A stretch of 64,000 nt of DNA. Source: Escherichia coli (GTDB lineage Bacteria; Pseudomonadota; Gammaproteobacteria; Enterobacterales; Enterobacteriaceae). The stretch lies in the NCBI RefSeq assembly GCF_030013205.1, contig NZ_CP122648.1, one strand, 5' to 3'. Below the pieces are notes generated by a model. It was not told where the DNA came from. It saw only the letters and a list, made by a program, of their open reading frames with translations, and did not search any database. The translations under genes were made by a program, and so were the position numbers. Positions 29,613-40,704 of this stretch are shown in pieces. Each line of letters begins with the position of its first letter. Position 1 is the first letter of the stretch.

Positions 29613-29927
29613 TCTTTCCGCGTCTCATCTTTATCGGTGAGACGCACCCTCAAAATTTCTTCTTCACTCCATTGTCTTTTCGCTTTACTCCCGTTCATTC
29701 AACTTAAGTCTCCATTTTTTTGCATTACTGCTATCTGACAGACCTCCGTTTTTTTGTTGATAAAACACTCTTTTTGACGTTTTTACAGACTAATTGAGCG
29801 TGAAGTGTGCAAACGATAAAAGTGTGGGAAAAATTGTTTGACTTATAAGTCTCAGAAAGTAATATGTGCGCCACGCAGCGACGATGAGCGATAAACAAGT
29901 TCTTCGAAGCACTCGTAAGAGGCGTGT

Positions 29928-30020
29928 GGTGAGGTGGCCGAGAGGCTGAAGGCGCTCCCCTGCTAAGGGAGTATGCGGTCAAAAGCTGCATCCGGGGTTC
30001 GAATCCCCGCCTCACCGCCA
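29928..30020 (+). tRNA. serV: tRNA-Ser (anticodon GCU)
   Basis: 93 nt; acceptor stem GGTGAGG/CCTCACC, anticodon loop CUGCUAA, long variable arm, CCA end. Confidence 0.9.
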
Positions 30021-30023
30021 TTT

Positions 30024-30100
30024 GCATCCGTAGCTCAGCTGGATAGAGTACTCGGCTACGAACCGAGCGGTCGGAGGTTCGAATCCTCCCGGATGCACCA
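30024..30100 (+). tRNA. argV: tRNA-Arg (anticodon ACG), copy 1
   Basis: 77 nt; GCATCCG/CGGATGC acceptor stem, anticodon loop CUACGAA, CCA end. Confidence 0.9.
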
Positions 30101-30164
30101 TCTCTTACTTGATACAGCTTTAGTAGCGGTATCAAAAAATCTGCAGTAAAGTAAGTTTCCCGAT

Positions 30165-30241
30165 GCATCCGTAGCTCAGCTGGATAGAGTACTCGGCTAC
30201 GAACCGAGCGGTCGGAGGTTCGAATCCTCCCGGATGCACCA
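30165..30241 (+). tRNA. tRNA-Arg (anticodon ACG), copy 2
   Basis: Identical 77-nt sequence. Confidence 0.9.
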
Positions 30242-30376
30242 TATTCTCCGAAATCTTCAGCAATGAAGATATCGAAGAGGTAGCGGAATTAACCGCAGGC
30301 ACCAGGAAGGATAACGTTGCTTTAGCAACGGCCCGAAGGGCGAGCCGCAAGGCGAGTAATCCTCCCGGATGCACCA
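30242..30376 (+). repeat. ~135-nt spacer repeat ending in a degenerate tRNA-Arg 3' fragment (AATCCTCCCGGATGCACCA)
   Basis: Direct repeat of 30517-30649 with scattered substitutions; terminal 19 nt equal the tRNA-Arg T-arm/acceptor 3' end. Confidence 0.7.
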
Positions 30377-30439
30377 TCTCCTAATTGATATGGCTTTAGT
30401 AGCGGTATCAATATCAGCAGTAAAATAAGTTTTCCCGAT

Positions 30440-30516
30440 GCATCCGTAGCTCAGCTGGATAGAGTACTCGGCTACGAACCGAGCGGTCGGAGGTTCGAAT
30501 CCTCCCGGATGCACCA
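30440..30516 (+). tRNA. tRNA-Arg (anticodon ACG), copy 3
   Basis: Identical 77-nt sequence. Confidence 0.9.
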
Positions 30517-30649
30517 TATTCTCCGTAATCTTCAGTAATGAAGGTATCGAAGAGGTAGCGGTATTAACCGCAGGCACTAGGGAGGATAACGTTGCGCCAG
30601 CAACGGCCCGAAGGGCGAACGCCAGTGAGTCATCCTCCCGGATGCACCA
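30517..30649 (+). repeat. Second copy of ~135-nt spacer repeat with degenerate tRNA-Arg 3' fragment (CATCCTCCCGGATGCACCA)
   Basis: See 30242-30376. Confidence 0.7.
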
Positions 30650-30796
30650 TCTTCTCCCACAAATTTCCTTCAAAAATATCTCATTTCTAAATAACTACTT
30701 TATCCATTTCCTGAATTTTCTTCTCCTTCGCCATCAGCGACAAAATCAAGCAATTACGCTAAAGTAGCGTCATATTTTTCGACTTGCGAGAAGACC

Positions 30797-31363
30797 ATGT
30801 ACGAGCGTTATGCAGGTTTAATTTTTGATATGGATGGCACAATCCTGGATACGGAGCCTACGCACCGTAAAGCGTGGCGCGAAGTATTAGGGCACTACGG
30901 TCTTCAGTACGATGTTCAGGCGATGATTGTGCTTAATGGCTCGCCCACCTGGCGTATTGCTCAGGCGATTATTGAGCTGAATCAGGCCGATCTCGACCCG
31001 CATGCGTTAGCGCGTGAAAAAACAGAAGCAGTAAGAAGTATGCTGCTGGATAGTGTCGAGCCGCTTCCTCTTGTTGAAGTGGTGAAAAGTTGGCATGGTC
31101 GTCGCCCAATGGCTGTAGGAACGGGGAGTGAAAGCGCCATCGCTGAGGCATTGCTGGCGCACCTGGGATTACGCCGTTATTTTGACGCTGTCGTCGCTGC
31201 TGATCACGTCAAACACCATAAACCCGCGCCAGACACATTTTTGTTGTGCGCGCAGCGTATGGGCGTGCAACCGACACAGTGTGTGGTCTTTGAAGATGCC
31301 GATTTCGGTATTCAGGCGGCCCGTGCAGCAGGCATGGACGCTGTGGATGTTCGCTTGCTGTGA
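30797..31363 (+). CDS. yqaB: HAD-family sugar phosphatase YqaB
   Basis: 188 aa, HAD motif I FDMDGT. Confidence 0.88.
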   Translation: MYERYAGLIFDMDGTILDTEPTHRKAWREVLGHYGLQYDVQAMIVLNGSPTWRIAQAIIELNQADLDPHALAREKTEAVRSMLLDSVEPLPLVEVVKSWHGRRPMAVGTGSESAIAEALLAHLGLRRYFDAVVAADHVKHHKPAPDTFLLCAQRMGVQPTQCVVFEDADFGIQAARAAGMDAVDVRLL

Positions 31364-31788
31364 GTGAAGCGTTATCGCTTTTCTCGTTGTTTGCCAGTAG
31401 TTTTCTCAGCGCTACACTATTACCCGGCAACTCCGAAGTCGTGCTGGTGGCAATGTTGCTTTCCGGGATCAGTCATCCCTGGGTTTTAGTTTTAACAGCA
31501 ACAATGGGTAATAGCCTTGGAGGGTTAACTAACGTTATCCTTGGGCGTTTCTTTCCATTGCGTAAAACATCGCGCTGGCAAGAGAAAGCTACCGGCTGGC
31601 TGAAACGCTATGGTGCAGTCACGCTATTATTAAGCTGGATGCCCGTGGTTGGCGATTTACTGTGTCTGTTAGCGGGATGGATGCGCATCTCCTGGGGGCC
31701 GGTAATCTTTTTTTTGTGCCTTGGTAAAGCGTTACGCTATGTTGCAGTTGCAGCAGCGACCGTTCAGGGCATGATGTGGTGGCACTAA
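31360..31788 (+). CDS. yqaA: DedA/SNARE-associated family inner membrane protein YqaA
   Basis: 142 aa hydrophobic, overlaps yqaB stop. Confidence 0.85.
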   Translation: MSEALSLFSLFASSFLSATLLPGNSEVVLVAMLLSGISHPWVLVLTATMGNSLGGLTNVILGRFFPLRKTSRWQEKATGWLKRYGAVTLLLSWMPVVGDLLCLLAGWMRISWGPVIFFLCLGKALRYVAVAAATVQGMMWWH

Positions 31789-31833
31789 TTGTAGGCCTGC
31801 ACATATGGTCACCATTACAGTTATGCTAATTAA

Positions 31834-33417
<1,584 letters not shown>

Positions 33418-33424
33418 CAGAAAA

Positions 33425-33497
33425 GAAAAAGGCCACTCGTGAGTGGCCAAAATTTCATCTCTGAATTCAGGGATGATGATAACAAATGCGCGTCTTT
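33425..33497 (-). ncRNA. micA: MicA (SraD) Hfq-dependent sRNA
   Basis: Reverse complement reads GAAAGACGCGCATTTGTTATCATCATCCCTGAATTCAGAGATGAAATTTTGGCCACTCACGAGTGGCCTTTTT, matching remembered MicA incl. terminator hairpin. Confidence 0.85.
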
Positions 33498-33566
33498 CAT
33501 ATACTCAGACTCGCATGGGAAGAAAGAGTTCAGAAAATTTTTAAAAAAATTACCGGAGGTGGCTAA

Positions 33567-34082
33567 ATGCCGTTGTTAGATAGCTTCACAGTCGATCATA
33601 CCCGGATGGAAGCGCCTGCAGTTCGGGTGGCGAAAACAATGAACACCCCGCATGGCGACGCAATCACCGTGTTCGATCTGCGCTTCTGCGTGCCGAACAA
33701 AGAAGTGATGCCAGAAAGAGGGATCCATACCCTGGAGCACCTGTTTGCTGGTTTTATGCGTAACCATCTTAACGGTAATGGTGTAGAGATTATCGATATC
33801 TCGCCAATGGGCTGCCGCACCGGTTTTTATATGAGTCTGATTGGTACGCCAGATGAGCAGCGTGTTGCTGATGCCTGGAAAGCGGCAATGGAAGACGTGC
33901 TGAAAGTGCAGGATCAGAATCAGATCCCGGAACTGAACGTCTACCAGTGTGGCACTTACCAGATGCACTCGTTGCAGGAAGCGCAGGATATTGCGCGTAG
34001 CATTCTGGAACGTGACGTGCGCATCAACAGCAACGAAGAACTGGCGCTGCCGAAAGAGAAGTTGCAGGAACTGCACATCTAG
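33567..34082 (+). CDS. luxS: S-ribosylhomocysteine lyase LuxS
   Basis: 171 aa, HTLEH metal-binding motif. Confidence 0.95.
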
Positions 34083-34139
34083 TCAGTAAACTATCTTCAC
34101 AATTAATTGAAAAAAGCCAGTTCAAATGAACTGGCTTAG

Positions 34140-34820
34140 TTGTGCACAGAAAACCCCCAGCTAGGCTGGGGGTTCCGGAAAGCTTTCAGCTTTGAGCCAG
34201 TTATTAAAACCCCTTTTGATTTGTTAAAACACCTTGCGGTCTGGCAACTGCAAGTGTCAAACAAGAAATCAAAAGGGGGTCCCAATGGGGAACGAAAAGA
34301 GCTTAGCGCACACCCGATGGAACTGTAAATATCACATAGTTTTTGCGCCAAAATACCGAAGACAAGTGTTCTACAGAGAGAAGCGTAGAGCAATAGGCAG
34401 TATTTTGAGAAAGCTGTGTGAGTGGAAAAGCGTACGGATTCTGGAAGCTGAATGCTGTGCAGATCATATCCATATGCTTGTGGAGATCCCGCCCAAAATG
34501 AGCGTATCCGGCTTTATGGGATATCTGAAAGGGAAAAGCAGTCTGATGCTTTACGAGCAGTTTGGTGATTTGAAATTCAAATACAGGAACAGAGAGTTCT
34601 GGTGCAGAGGGTACTACGTCGATACGGTGGGTAAGAACACGGCGAAGATACAGGATTACATAAAGCACCAGCTTGAAGAGGATAAAATGGGAGAGCAGTT
34701 ATCGATTCCCTATCCGGGCAGCCCGTTTACGGGCCGTAAGTAACGAAGTTGGATGCAAATGTCAGATCGTGTGCGCCTGTTAGGGCGCGGCTGGTAAGAG
34801 AGCCTTATAGGCGCATTTGA
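34140..34820 (+). mobile_element. IS200-type insertion sequence (IS200/IS605 family); boundaries approximate (+/-30 nt)
   Basis: Left-end hairpin CCCCCAGC-TAG-GCTGGGGG (34154-34172), RBS-occluding region AAAAGGGGGTCCCAATG, single Y1 transposase ORF; ~0.7 kb. Confidence 0.8.
34285..34743 (+). CDS. tnpA: IS200 TnpA (HUH Y1 transposase)
   Basis: 152 aa from MGNEKSLAHTRWNCKYHIVF; HxH motif (HIHML) and catalytic Y region; near-identical to remembered Salmonella IS200 TnpA. Confidence 0.9.
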   Translation: MGNEKSLAHTRWNCKYHIVFAPKYRRQVFYREKRRAIGSILRKLCEWKSVRILEAECCADHIHMLVEIPPKMSVSGFMGYLKGKSSLMLYEQFGDLKFKYRNREFWCRGYYVDTVGKNTAKIQDYIKHQLEEDKMGEQLSIPYPGSPFTGRK

Positions 34821-34827
34821 AAAACCT

Positions 34828-34846
34828 CCGGCTATGCCGGAGGATA
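34828..34846 (-). terminator. Probable emrB rho-independent terminator (CCTCCGGCATAGCCGGAGG followed by TTTTT on minus strand)
   Basis: GC-rich hairpin plus U-tract immediately after emrB stop. Confidence 0.55.
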
Positions 34847-34857
34847 TTTATTTGTAC

Positions 34858-36396
34858 TTAGTGCGCACCACCTCCGCCGCCACCTGCGCCAAATGGCGGT
34901 TTAGCAAACCACACCAGCCCCAGCAAGACGAGGAATATCCCGGCTGACATCCAGAAGATCTCATTGGCGGAAATAATCAGCCCCTGATTGGTGATCTGCT
35001 GGGCAATCCAGCCTGATGCCTGCTGTTGCGTCATTCCCAGTCCTTCCAGTTGACTGTACATCGCCTGGGCATTCGGGTTGAACGGGTTTACCGACTCGGT
35101 TAACTGTGCGTGGTGCATCGACTCGCGGTTGGTCCACATGGTAGTGGTGATGGATGTGCCGATAGACCCCGCCAGCGTACGCGTAAAGTTGGAGAGGCTC
35201 GATGCCGCCGCCAGTCGTTCCGGTGGCAAACCAGACAGCGTAATGGTGGTCAGCGGCATAAAGAAGCAGGCCACTGCGAAGCCCTGGATAAACTGCGGCC
35301 AGGCCGACGCACCAAAATCCATACCAGGTTCAAAGGTATAGGCACGCCAGTAAAAGCAGACGGCATACATAATAAAGCTGAAGGTTACCAGCCGCCGCAT
35401 ATCCAGTTTATGCGCGAAGCGGCCGATAATCGGCGACAGGATCACCGGAATAATCCCTACCGGCGCAGAGGCCAAACCTGCCCACGTTGCCGTGTAACCG
35501 TAGACCTCCTGCAACAACTGCGGCAGCAGAACAATCGCGCCGAAGTAGAGCATATACGCGAGGCTGATACACAAGCAGCCGATGGTGAAGTTGCGCGACT
35601 TAAACAACGACAGATCGACTATCGGGTTATCGTCGGTCAGCTCCCAGACAATCAGGAAGCAGATAGCCACCACTGCCACCACGGTAAGGATGATAATTTC
35701 CTGTGATGAAAACCAGTCCAGCTCTTTACCGCGGTCGAGCATAATCTGCAGGCTACCGATACCAATAACCAGCAGTGCCAGCCCCACGGCATCAATCCGC
35801 CGCCGTTCGGTGCGGGTTTCACGTCCGCGCAGGGTTTGCAGTGTCATCAACACCACCGCCACGCCAATCGGTACGTTGATGAAGAATATCCAGCCCCAGT
35901 GGTAATTGTCACTGATATACCCGCCGAGGATCGGGCCGCAAATTGGCGCGACAATCACCGTCATCGACCATAACGCCAGCGCGATCGAGCGTTTGGCTGG
36001 CGGGTAGTTATTCAGCAATAGACTTTGCGAAAGCGGAATTAACGGCCCGGCGACAATCCCCTGAATCACGCGGAAGAAGATCAGCATATTCAGGCTGCTG
36101 GAGACACCACACGCCCACGACGCAATAGCAAAGGCGATGGTGGACCAGAGGAACAGTTTCACTTCCCCGACGCGCTTTGCCAGCCAGCCGGTAAGCGGGA
36201 TCGAGATGGCATTCGCCACCCCGAAAGAAGTGATTACCCACGTTCCCTGGCTGAGCGATGAGCCCAGATTCCCGGCGATAGTGGGGATCGCCACGTTAGC
36301 AATGGTGGAGTCCAGCACCTGCATGAATGTCGCCAGTGACAGCGCAATCGTCATAATGACCAGTTGCGCGCCTTCCAGCGGTTTTTGCTGTTGCAT
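34858..36396 (-). CDS. emrB: Multidrug efflux MFS permease EmrB
   Basis: 512 aa from MQQQKPLEGAQLVIMTIAL; 14-TMS DHA2 family. Confidence 0.93.
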   Translation of the reverse strand: MQQQKPLEGAQLVIMTIALSLATFMQVLDSTIANVAIPTIAGNLGSSLSQGTWVITSFGVANAISIPLTGWLAKRVGEVKLFLWSTIAFAIASWACGVSSSLNMLIFFRVIQGIVAGPLIPLSQSLLLNNYPPAKRSIALALWSMTVIVAPICGPILGGYISDNYHWGWIFFINVPIGVAVVLMTLQTLRGRETRTERRRIDAVGLALLVIGIGSLQIMLDRGKELDWFSSQEIIILTVVAVVAICFLIVWELTDDNPIVDLSLFKSRNFTIGCLCISLAYMLYFGAIVLLPQLLQEVYGYTATWAGLASAPVGIIPVILSPIIGRFAHKLDMRRLVTFSFIMYAVCFYWRAYTFEPGMDFGASAWPQFIQGFAVACFFMPLTTITLSGLPPERLAAASSLSNFTRTLAGSIGTSITTTMWTNRESMHHAQLTESVNPFNPNAQAMYSQLEGLGMTQQQASGWIAQQITNQGLIISANEIFWMSAGIFLVLLGLVWFAKPPFGAGGGGGGAH

Positions 36397-36412
36397 CACA
36401 CGCACCTCTGGA

Positions 36413-37585
36413 TTAGCCAGCGTTAGCTTTTACGATATCGTCGATCAGTTTATTGACAGGTGCCAGGCTGATTTCACGCGCGGTGCTTACCGCTACCGGT
36501 GTGGAACGTACTTTATTTGCCAGTACCTGACCGTCACGGTTAGTGGTATTGACGCTCACCAGCGTGGACAAACCGATACGCAGCGGGTATTGCTCGAGCT
36601 GTTTCTGGTCCAGTTCAATACGAACAGGCAGACGCTGAACGACTTTGATCCAGTTACCGGTCGCATTTTGCGCCGGAAGCAGTGAGAACGCGCTACCTGT
36701 GCCCATATCCAGACCAACCACTTTACCGGTGTATTTCACATCATCGCCGTAAATATCCGTGGTGATAGTGACCGGCTGACCGATACGCATATTGGCAATC
36801 TGCGTCTCTTTAAAGTTGGCATCCACCCACATATTGGTGGCTGGAACGACCGCCATCAGCGGCGTCGTTGGGCTAATTTGTGCCCCAGGCTGTACCGCGC
36901 GGCGGGAGACATAACCGGTCATCGGACTGACAATACGAGTACGCTCCAGCGCCAGCCAGGCGTTACGTACTTCGGTGGCAGCCTGTTGCACGGCAGGCTG
37001 ATCTTCCAGTTTAGTCCCCAGAATCATCGCCTGATTGGCATTGTATTGTTGAATAGCGACGTCCAGTTGTGCCTGGGCACTGGTGACGGCGTCGCGGGCG
37101 TGTTGCAGCTCTTCGCGACCAATCAGGTTGGCATTGCCCAGCGGCACACGGCGGTTGTAGTCGCTTTGTGCTTTCGCGAGGGCGATTTTTTGCACCTCAA
37201 TATTCGCCTGCAACTGTTTGCTGTTAATCATCAGCTGGTGGGTTTGGCGAACGCTTGAAGCCAGTGCAGTTTTGGCTTTTTCAAACGCCTGGCGAGCATC
37301 TGTCGGGTCGAGAGTGACCAGCACGTCGCCTTCTTTTACAAAATCGGTGTTATCGGCCCAGACTTTCGTCACGCTGCCAGACACCTGAGACATAATTTGA
37401 ATCTGATTCCCTGCCACGTATGCGTCATCGGTTTCTTCGAAATGACGCAGTACTAAAAACCAATAAATCCCTATCGCTACGGCAATAATTATAAAGAGCA
37501 AGGTGAGAAGGAGGAGCAGACGCTTACGTTTGCCGCTCTTCTTTACCGGTTGCTGCGGGGTTTGAGTCTCCGCATTTGCGCTCAT
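36413..37585 (-). CDS. emrA: Multidrug efflux membrane fusion protein EmrA
   Basis: 390 aa from MSANAETQTPQQPVKKSGKRKR. Confidence 0.93.
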   Translation of the reverse strand: MSANAETQTPQQPVKKSGKRKRLLLLLTLLFIIIAVAIGIYWFLVLRHFEETDDAYVAGNQIQIMSQVSGSVTKVWADNTDFVKEGDVLVTLDPTDARQAFEKAKTALASSVRQTHQLMINSKQLQANIEVQKIALAKAQSDYNRRVPLGNANLIGREELQHARDAVTSAQAQLDVAIQQYNANQAMILGTKLEDQPAVQQAATEVRNAWLALERTRIVSPMTGYVSRRAVQPGAQISPTTPLMAVVPATNMWVDANFKETQIANMRIGQPVTITTDIYGDDVKYTGKVVGLDMGTGSAFSLLPAQNATGNWIKVVQRLPVRIELDQKQLEQYPLRIGLSTLVSVNTTNRDGQVLANKVRSTPVAVSTAREISLAPVNKLIDDIVKANAG

Positions 37586-37712
37586 ATTGTTCTCCACGAT
37601 CTTCTTAACTCATCGGCTGAGCCGACCTGCTTGCCAAAAAAGGCCAGCATGTTGCGATGCTGGCCAGTCATTTTTTCTTTTATAAATCTGGATTTTTGAG
37701 CGAGATGACGCG

Positions 37713-38243
37713 TTAGCTCATCGCTTCGAGAACCACACCGTCTTGTTCCATCTGGTCGAGACGGGAGAGCAATTTGCGGGTGATTTGCTCGAGCTGATCT
37801 TTTTCTGTTGTGCTGAGCGCGGACCAGAGTTGATGCAGGCAGTTATGCTGCGGTGGTAAAACCTCGCGCAAAAACTCGTGACCTTTTTCCGTTAATTGCA
37901 GATGCAGGCAGCGGCGATCGTTATCGCTTTCACGACGTTCGATCCAACCGCGTTTTTCCAGTTCATCGGCAATACGCGTCGCGTTGGTACGGGATGATCC
38001 AAGAGCACAACTCAATTCAGAAGGCTGAATACTGTGGTTTTCCTGAGACTCCAGCGTAATCAACGCCATAAACAACGTCTCGTTAATCCCCTGAGCCTTC
38101 AGCATTTTATTGCGGTTCTCCAGCAGCTTGCTTTGCATGTGCATGCAAAGACGAGTCAGAAGGATCTCCTGATAAGGAAAATCTTCGTGGCGGCTGGCGC
38201 GAAATTTTAGCATTTGTTCAATGGGCGTAAACGAACTATCCAT
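37713..38243 (-). CDS. mprA: MarR-family repressor MprA (EmrR)
   Basis: 176 aa, winged-helix MarR domain; upstream of emrAB. Confidence 0.92.
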
Positions 38244-38333
38244 TTGGGTATGACCTCATTAATTTCAGCCGATATAGTAACGACAGTGACAAATAAAGTA
38301 AATGTATTGTTTTAGAAAAATGATTCTTGTGGG

Positions 38334-38669
38334 TTATATAATCGCCATCACTTTCCAGGCGAGCCCGTAGGCCAGCGCACTAAGCAGTGTTGGGATGATA
38401 ATGCTGCGTGTTTTATAGAAACTGGCACCCAGTACCGCGAAGCCGACCAGCGTGGGCACGAAACGGCGTGTATCGTGCATCACTTCTGGTGCGGTAGAGA
38501 CAACCAGCAGAGCGCATATCGAGGCGATGCCAATGGTGTCGAGCAAAATACCTACCGCGCCACGTTTGGTTGGGCGGGCATTACCCACACGCAGGCGCAG
38601 CGGCAAATAGCGGAAGCAATAATTCGCCGCGCCAACCAGTAACCCAAGCAGCAGAACCTCATAGCTCAT
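38334..38669 (-). CDS. ygaH: L-valine exporter small subunit YgaH (AzlD-like)
   Basis: 111 aa hydrophobic, overlaps ygaZ stop. Confidence 0.85.
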   Translation of the reverse strand: MSYEVLLLGLLVGAANYCFRYLPLRLRVGNARPTKRGAVGILLDTIGIASICALLVVSTAPEVMHDTRRFVPTLVGFAVLGASFYKTRSIIIPTLLSALAYGLAWKVMAII

Positions 38670-39396
38670 CGGGCGCTCCTTGCCAGAATGCCTGGATTAA
38701 CGCAGTGAGGCAGCCACAGACAATGCCTGCCAGAATGGCGACGGGAATAGAAAATAGCGTTACGCCTGCAAGGGCACCAACTAACGCTGCGGTAACGCAA
38801 AGAGATTGTTTGCGCTGGAAAGAGGCGAGCAGGAAACTCATAAAGAGTGCCGGAAGCATAAAACCTAATGCTGCTTCAACGGCGGGATATCCTTGCAGCA
38901 AGCCGCTGCCGGAGAATGCCCCTATTACCGTACCAAATACCCACGATGACCATGAACTGAAGGCAATGCCGATCATCCAGTTCTCGCTCCAGCGGCGATT
39001 ATTGCGTACCAGTTTTGCGGTTGCGGCGGCAAAAACCTCATCCGTCAGGCCAAATGCCCACAGGGCGGTTTTCGATTTTTGCAGACGCTGAATAATACGG
39101 CTACGCAGTGACGGGCCATACAAAACATGGCGAACATCCATTGCCATGACGGTCAGTGCAGCAACCCACAAACTACTCCCGGCTGCCAGCATCGCGGTAA
39201 TGACGAACTGGCTCGCGCCTGCATAAATGATGCAGGAGAAAAAAACGCTTTCGAGAGGAGAGAATCCCAGACGGGTCGCATTCAGACCGAACGCAAAGGC
39301 CACCGGAATATAACTAATAACAATCGGTAAACTGTCTTTGCATCCTTCCATGAAGGTCGCCGAACCAGGAGCAGGCTGTGGAGTAGGGCTTTCCAT
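38659..39396 (-). CDS. ygaZ: L-valine exporter large subunit YgaZ (AzlC-like)
   Basis: 245 aa membrane protein. Confidence 0.85.
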   Translation of the reverse strand: MESPTPQPAPGSATFMEGCKDSLPIVISYIPVAFAFGLNATRLGFSPLESVFFSCIIYAGASQFVITAMLAAGSSLWVAALTVMAMDVRHVLYGPSLRSRIIQRLQKSKTALWAFGLTDEVFAAATAKLVRNNRRWSENWMIGIAFSSWSSWVFGTVIGAFSGSGLLQGYPAVEAALGFMLPALFMSFLLASFQRKQSLCVTAALVGALAGVTLFSIPVAILAGIVCGCLTALIQAFWQGAPDEL

Positions 39397-39519
39397 AGAG
39401 TGTACGCTTAACGATTGTTAATATTATAAATAGACTGAATGAATATCTTAACCTTATCAGACTGATGGGCTTCTTAACACCCTTATAAGTGTAAAGCCAC
39501 GAAAACGGTTGCTGATTGC

Positions 39520-40704
39520 TTAATTTGCGGCTTCCTGACGATGAAAACCTCGCCACCAGACCAGTAAGTTAACCAGGGCAATCGTCGCGCCAGCCAGACA
39601 AACGCCAGCCCAACCGCCATGTTGCCAGGCTGAGGCTGAAATTAGCGAACCGGCGGCACCGCCAATAAAGTAGCTGGTCATGTAACCTGCGGTCAGGCGA
39701 TTACGCGCATCAGGATGTATTCGATAAATTACCGTCTGGTTAGTGATATGCACGCCCTGCACGGTGAGGTCCAGCACCAGGATGCCGATAATCAGCGCCA
39801 GTACGGAAGTGTGACCAAACCAGATTGCCAGCCATGAAAGTAACAGCAGAAGCAGACCGAAAGTTGTTGTGTGGTGCGATTTGCCCTTGTCGGCAAAACC
39901 GCCCGCCGGACGAGCGCCCAACGCTCCGGCAGCTCCCGCAAGTCCAAACAGACCAATTACACCATCGCTGTAGTTAAAAGGTGGAGCGGCAAGCAAAAAG
40001 GCCATTGAGGTCCAGAGAATGCTGAAGTTGGCAAAGGTCAGGCAGCCCAGCAACGCGCGGGTGCGCAGAATTTTATCGCTGATAAACATGCTGAAAACGG
40101 AACCAAGCAACTGTGGGTAGTTGAGGTGGGTTTCTGATTTCATTTGTGGCAGACCACGCCATAATGCCAGCGCCATCAGTGCCATTAACACCGAGGCAAC
40201 CCAAAAGACGGTGCGCCAGCCGCCGAGGTTTGCCAGCAACCCGGCAACGGTTCGTGCCAGCAAGATCCCCAACAGCAGCCCGCTCATAATGGTGCCGACC
40301 ACTTTGCCGCGTTTGTCTGGTGAAGCCAGCGTCGCTGCCAGCGGAACCAGAATTTGTGCCACGACCGAGAATAAACCGGTCAATGCCGTACCGAGGATCA
40401 TCATCGCCAGCGACTGACTGCTGGCAGTAATTAACATGCCGCCTGCCGCCAGTAAGGTCATCGAGACAATCAGGCGGCGACGTTCAAACATATCACCGAG
40501 GGGAACAAGAAACAGCAGACCTGCGGCATAGCCCAACTGTGCGGCGGTAACAATAAAGCCTGCCGAACTGGCGGAAAGGGAAAAGTTACGCGCGATGGTG
40601 TCGAGCAATGGCTGGGCGTAATAGTTACTGGCTACCGCCAGACCGGTGGCGATAGACATCAGCACGATCAGCGCCGGGCTAAGCTCATGATTAGGTTTAG
40701 TCAT
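39520..40704 (-). CDS. ygaY: MFS transporter YgaY, apparently intact (394 aa)
   Basis: Continuous 12-TMS-like ORF; position matches the ygaX/ygaY locus between ygaZ and proX. Confidence 0.8.
   Translation of the reverse strand: MTKPNHELSPALIVLMSIATGLAVASNYYAQPLLDTIARNFSLSASSAGFIVTAAQLGYAAGLLFLVPLGDMFERRRLIVSMTLLAAGGMLITASSQSLAMMILGTALTGLFSVVAQILVPLAATLASPDKRGKVVGTIMSGLLLGILLARTVAGLLANLGGWRTVFWVASVLMALMALALWRGLPQMKSETHLNYPQLLGSVFSMFISDKILRTRALLGCLTFANFSILWTSMAFLLAAPPFNYSDGVIGLFGLAGAAGALGARPAGGFADKGKSHHTTTFGLLLLLLSWLAIWFGHTSVLALIIGILVLDLTVQGVHITNQTVIYRIHPDARNRLTAGYMTSYFIGGAAGSLISASAWQHGGWAGVCLAGATIALVNLLVWWRGFHRQEAAN

Noticed and set aside
30024-30649. Possible CRISPR array or prophage integration at the tRNA-Arg cluster
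   Set aside because: Repeats are full tRNA genes with non-uniform spacers, not short CRISPR repeats; no integrase, cas or phage genes nearby; the next genes are core yqaB/yqaA
29731-30673. Three minus-strand ORFs (145, 81, 138 aa) spanning the tRNA array
   Set aside because: They translate across tRNA genes and their spacer repeats; repeated peptide segments simply reflect the repeated tRNA units
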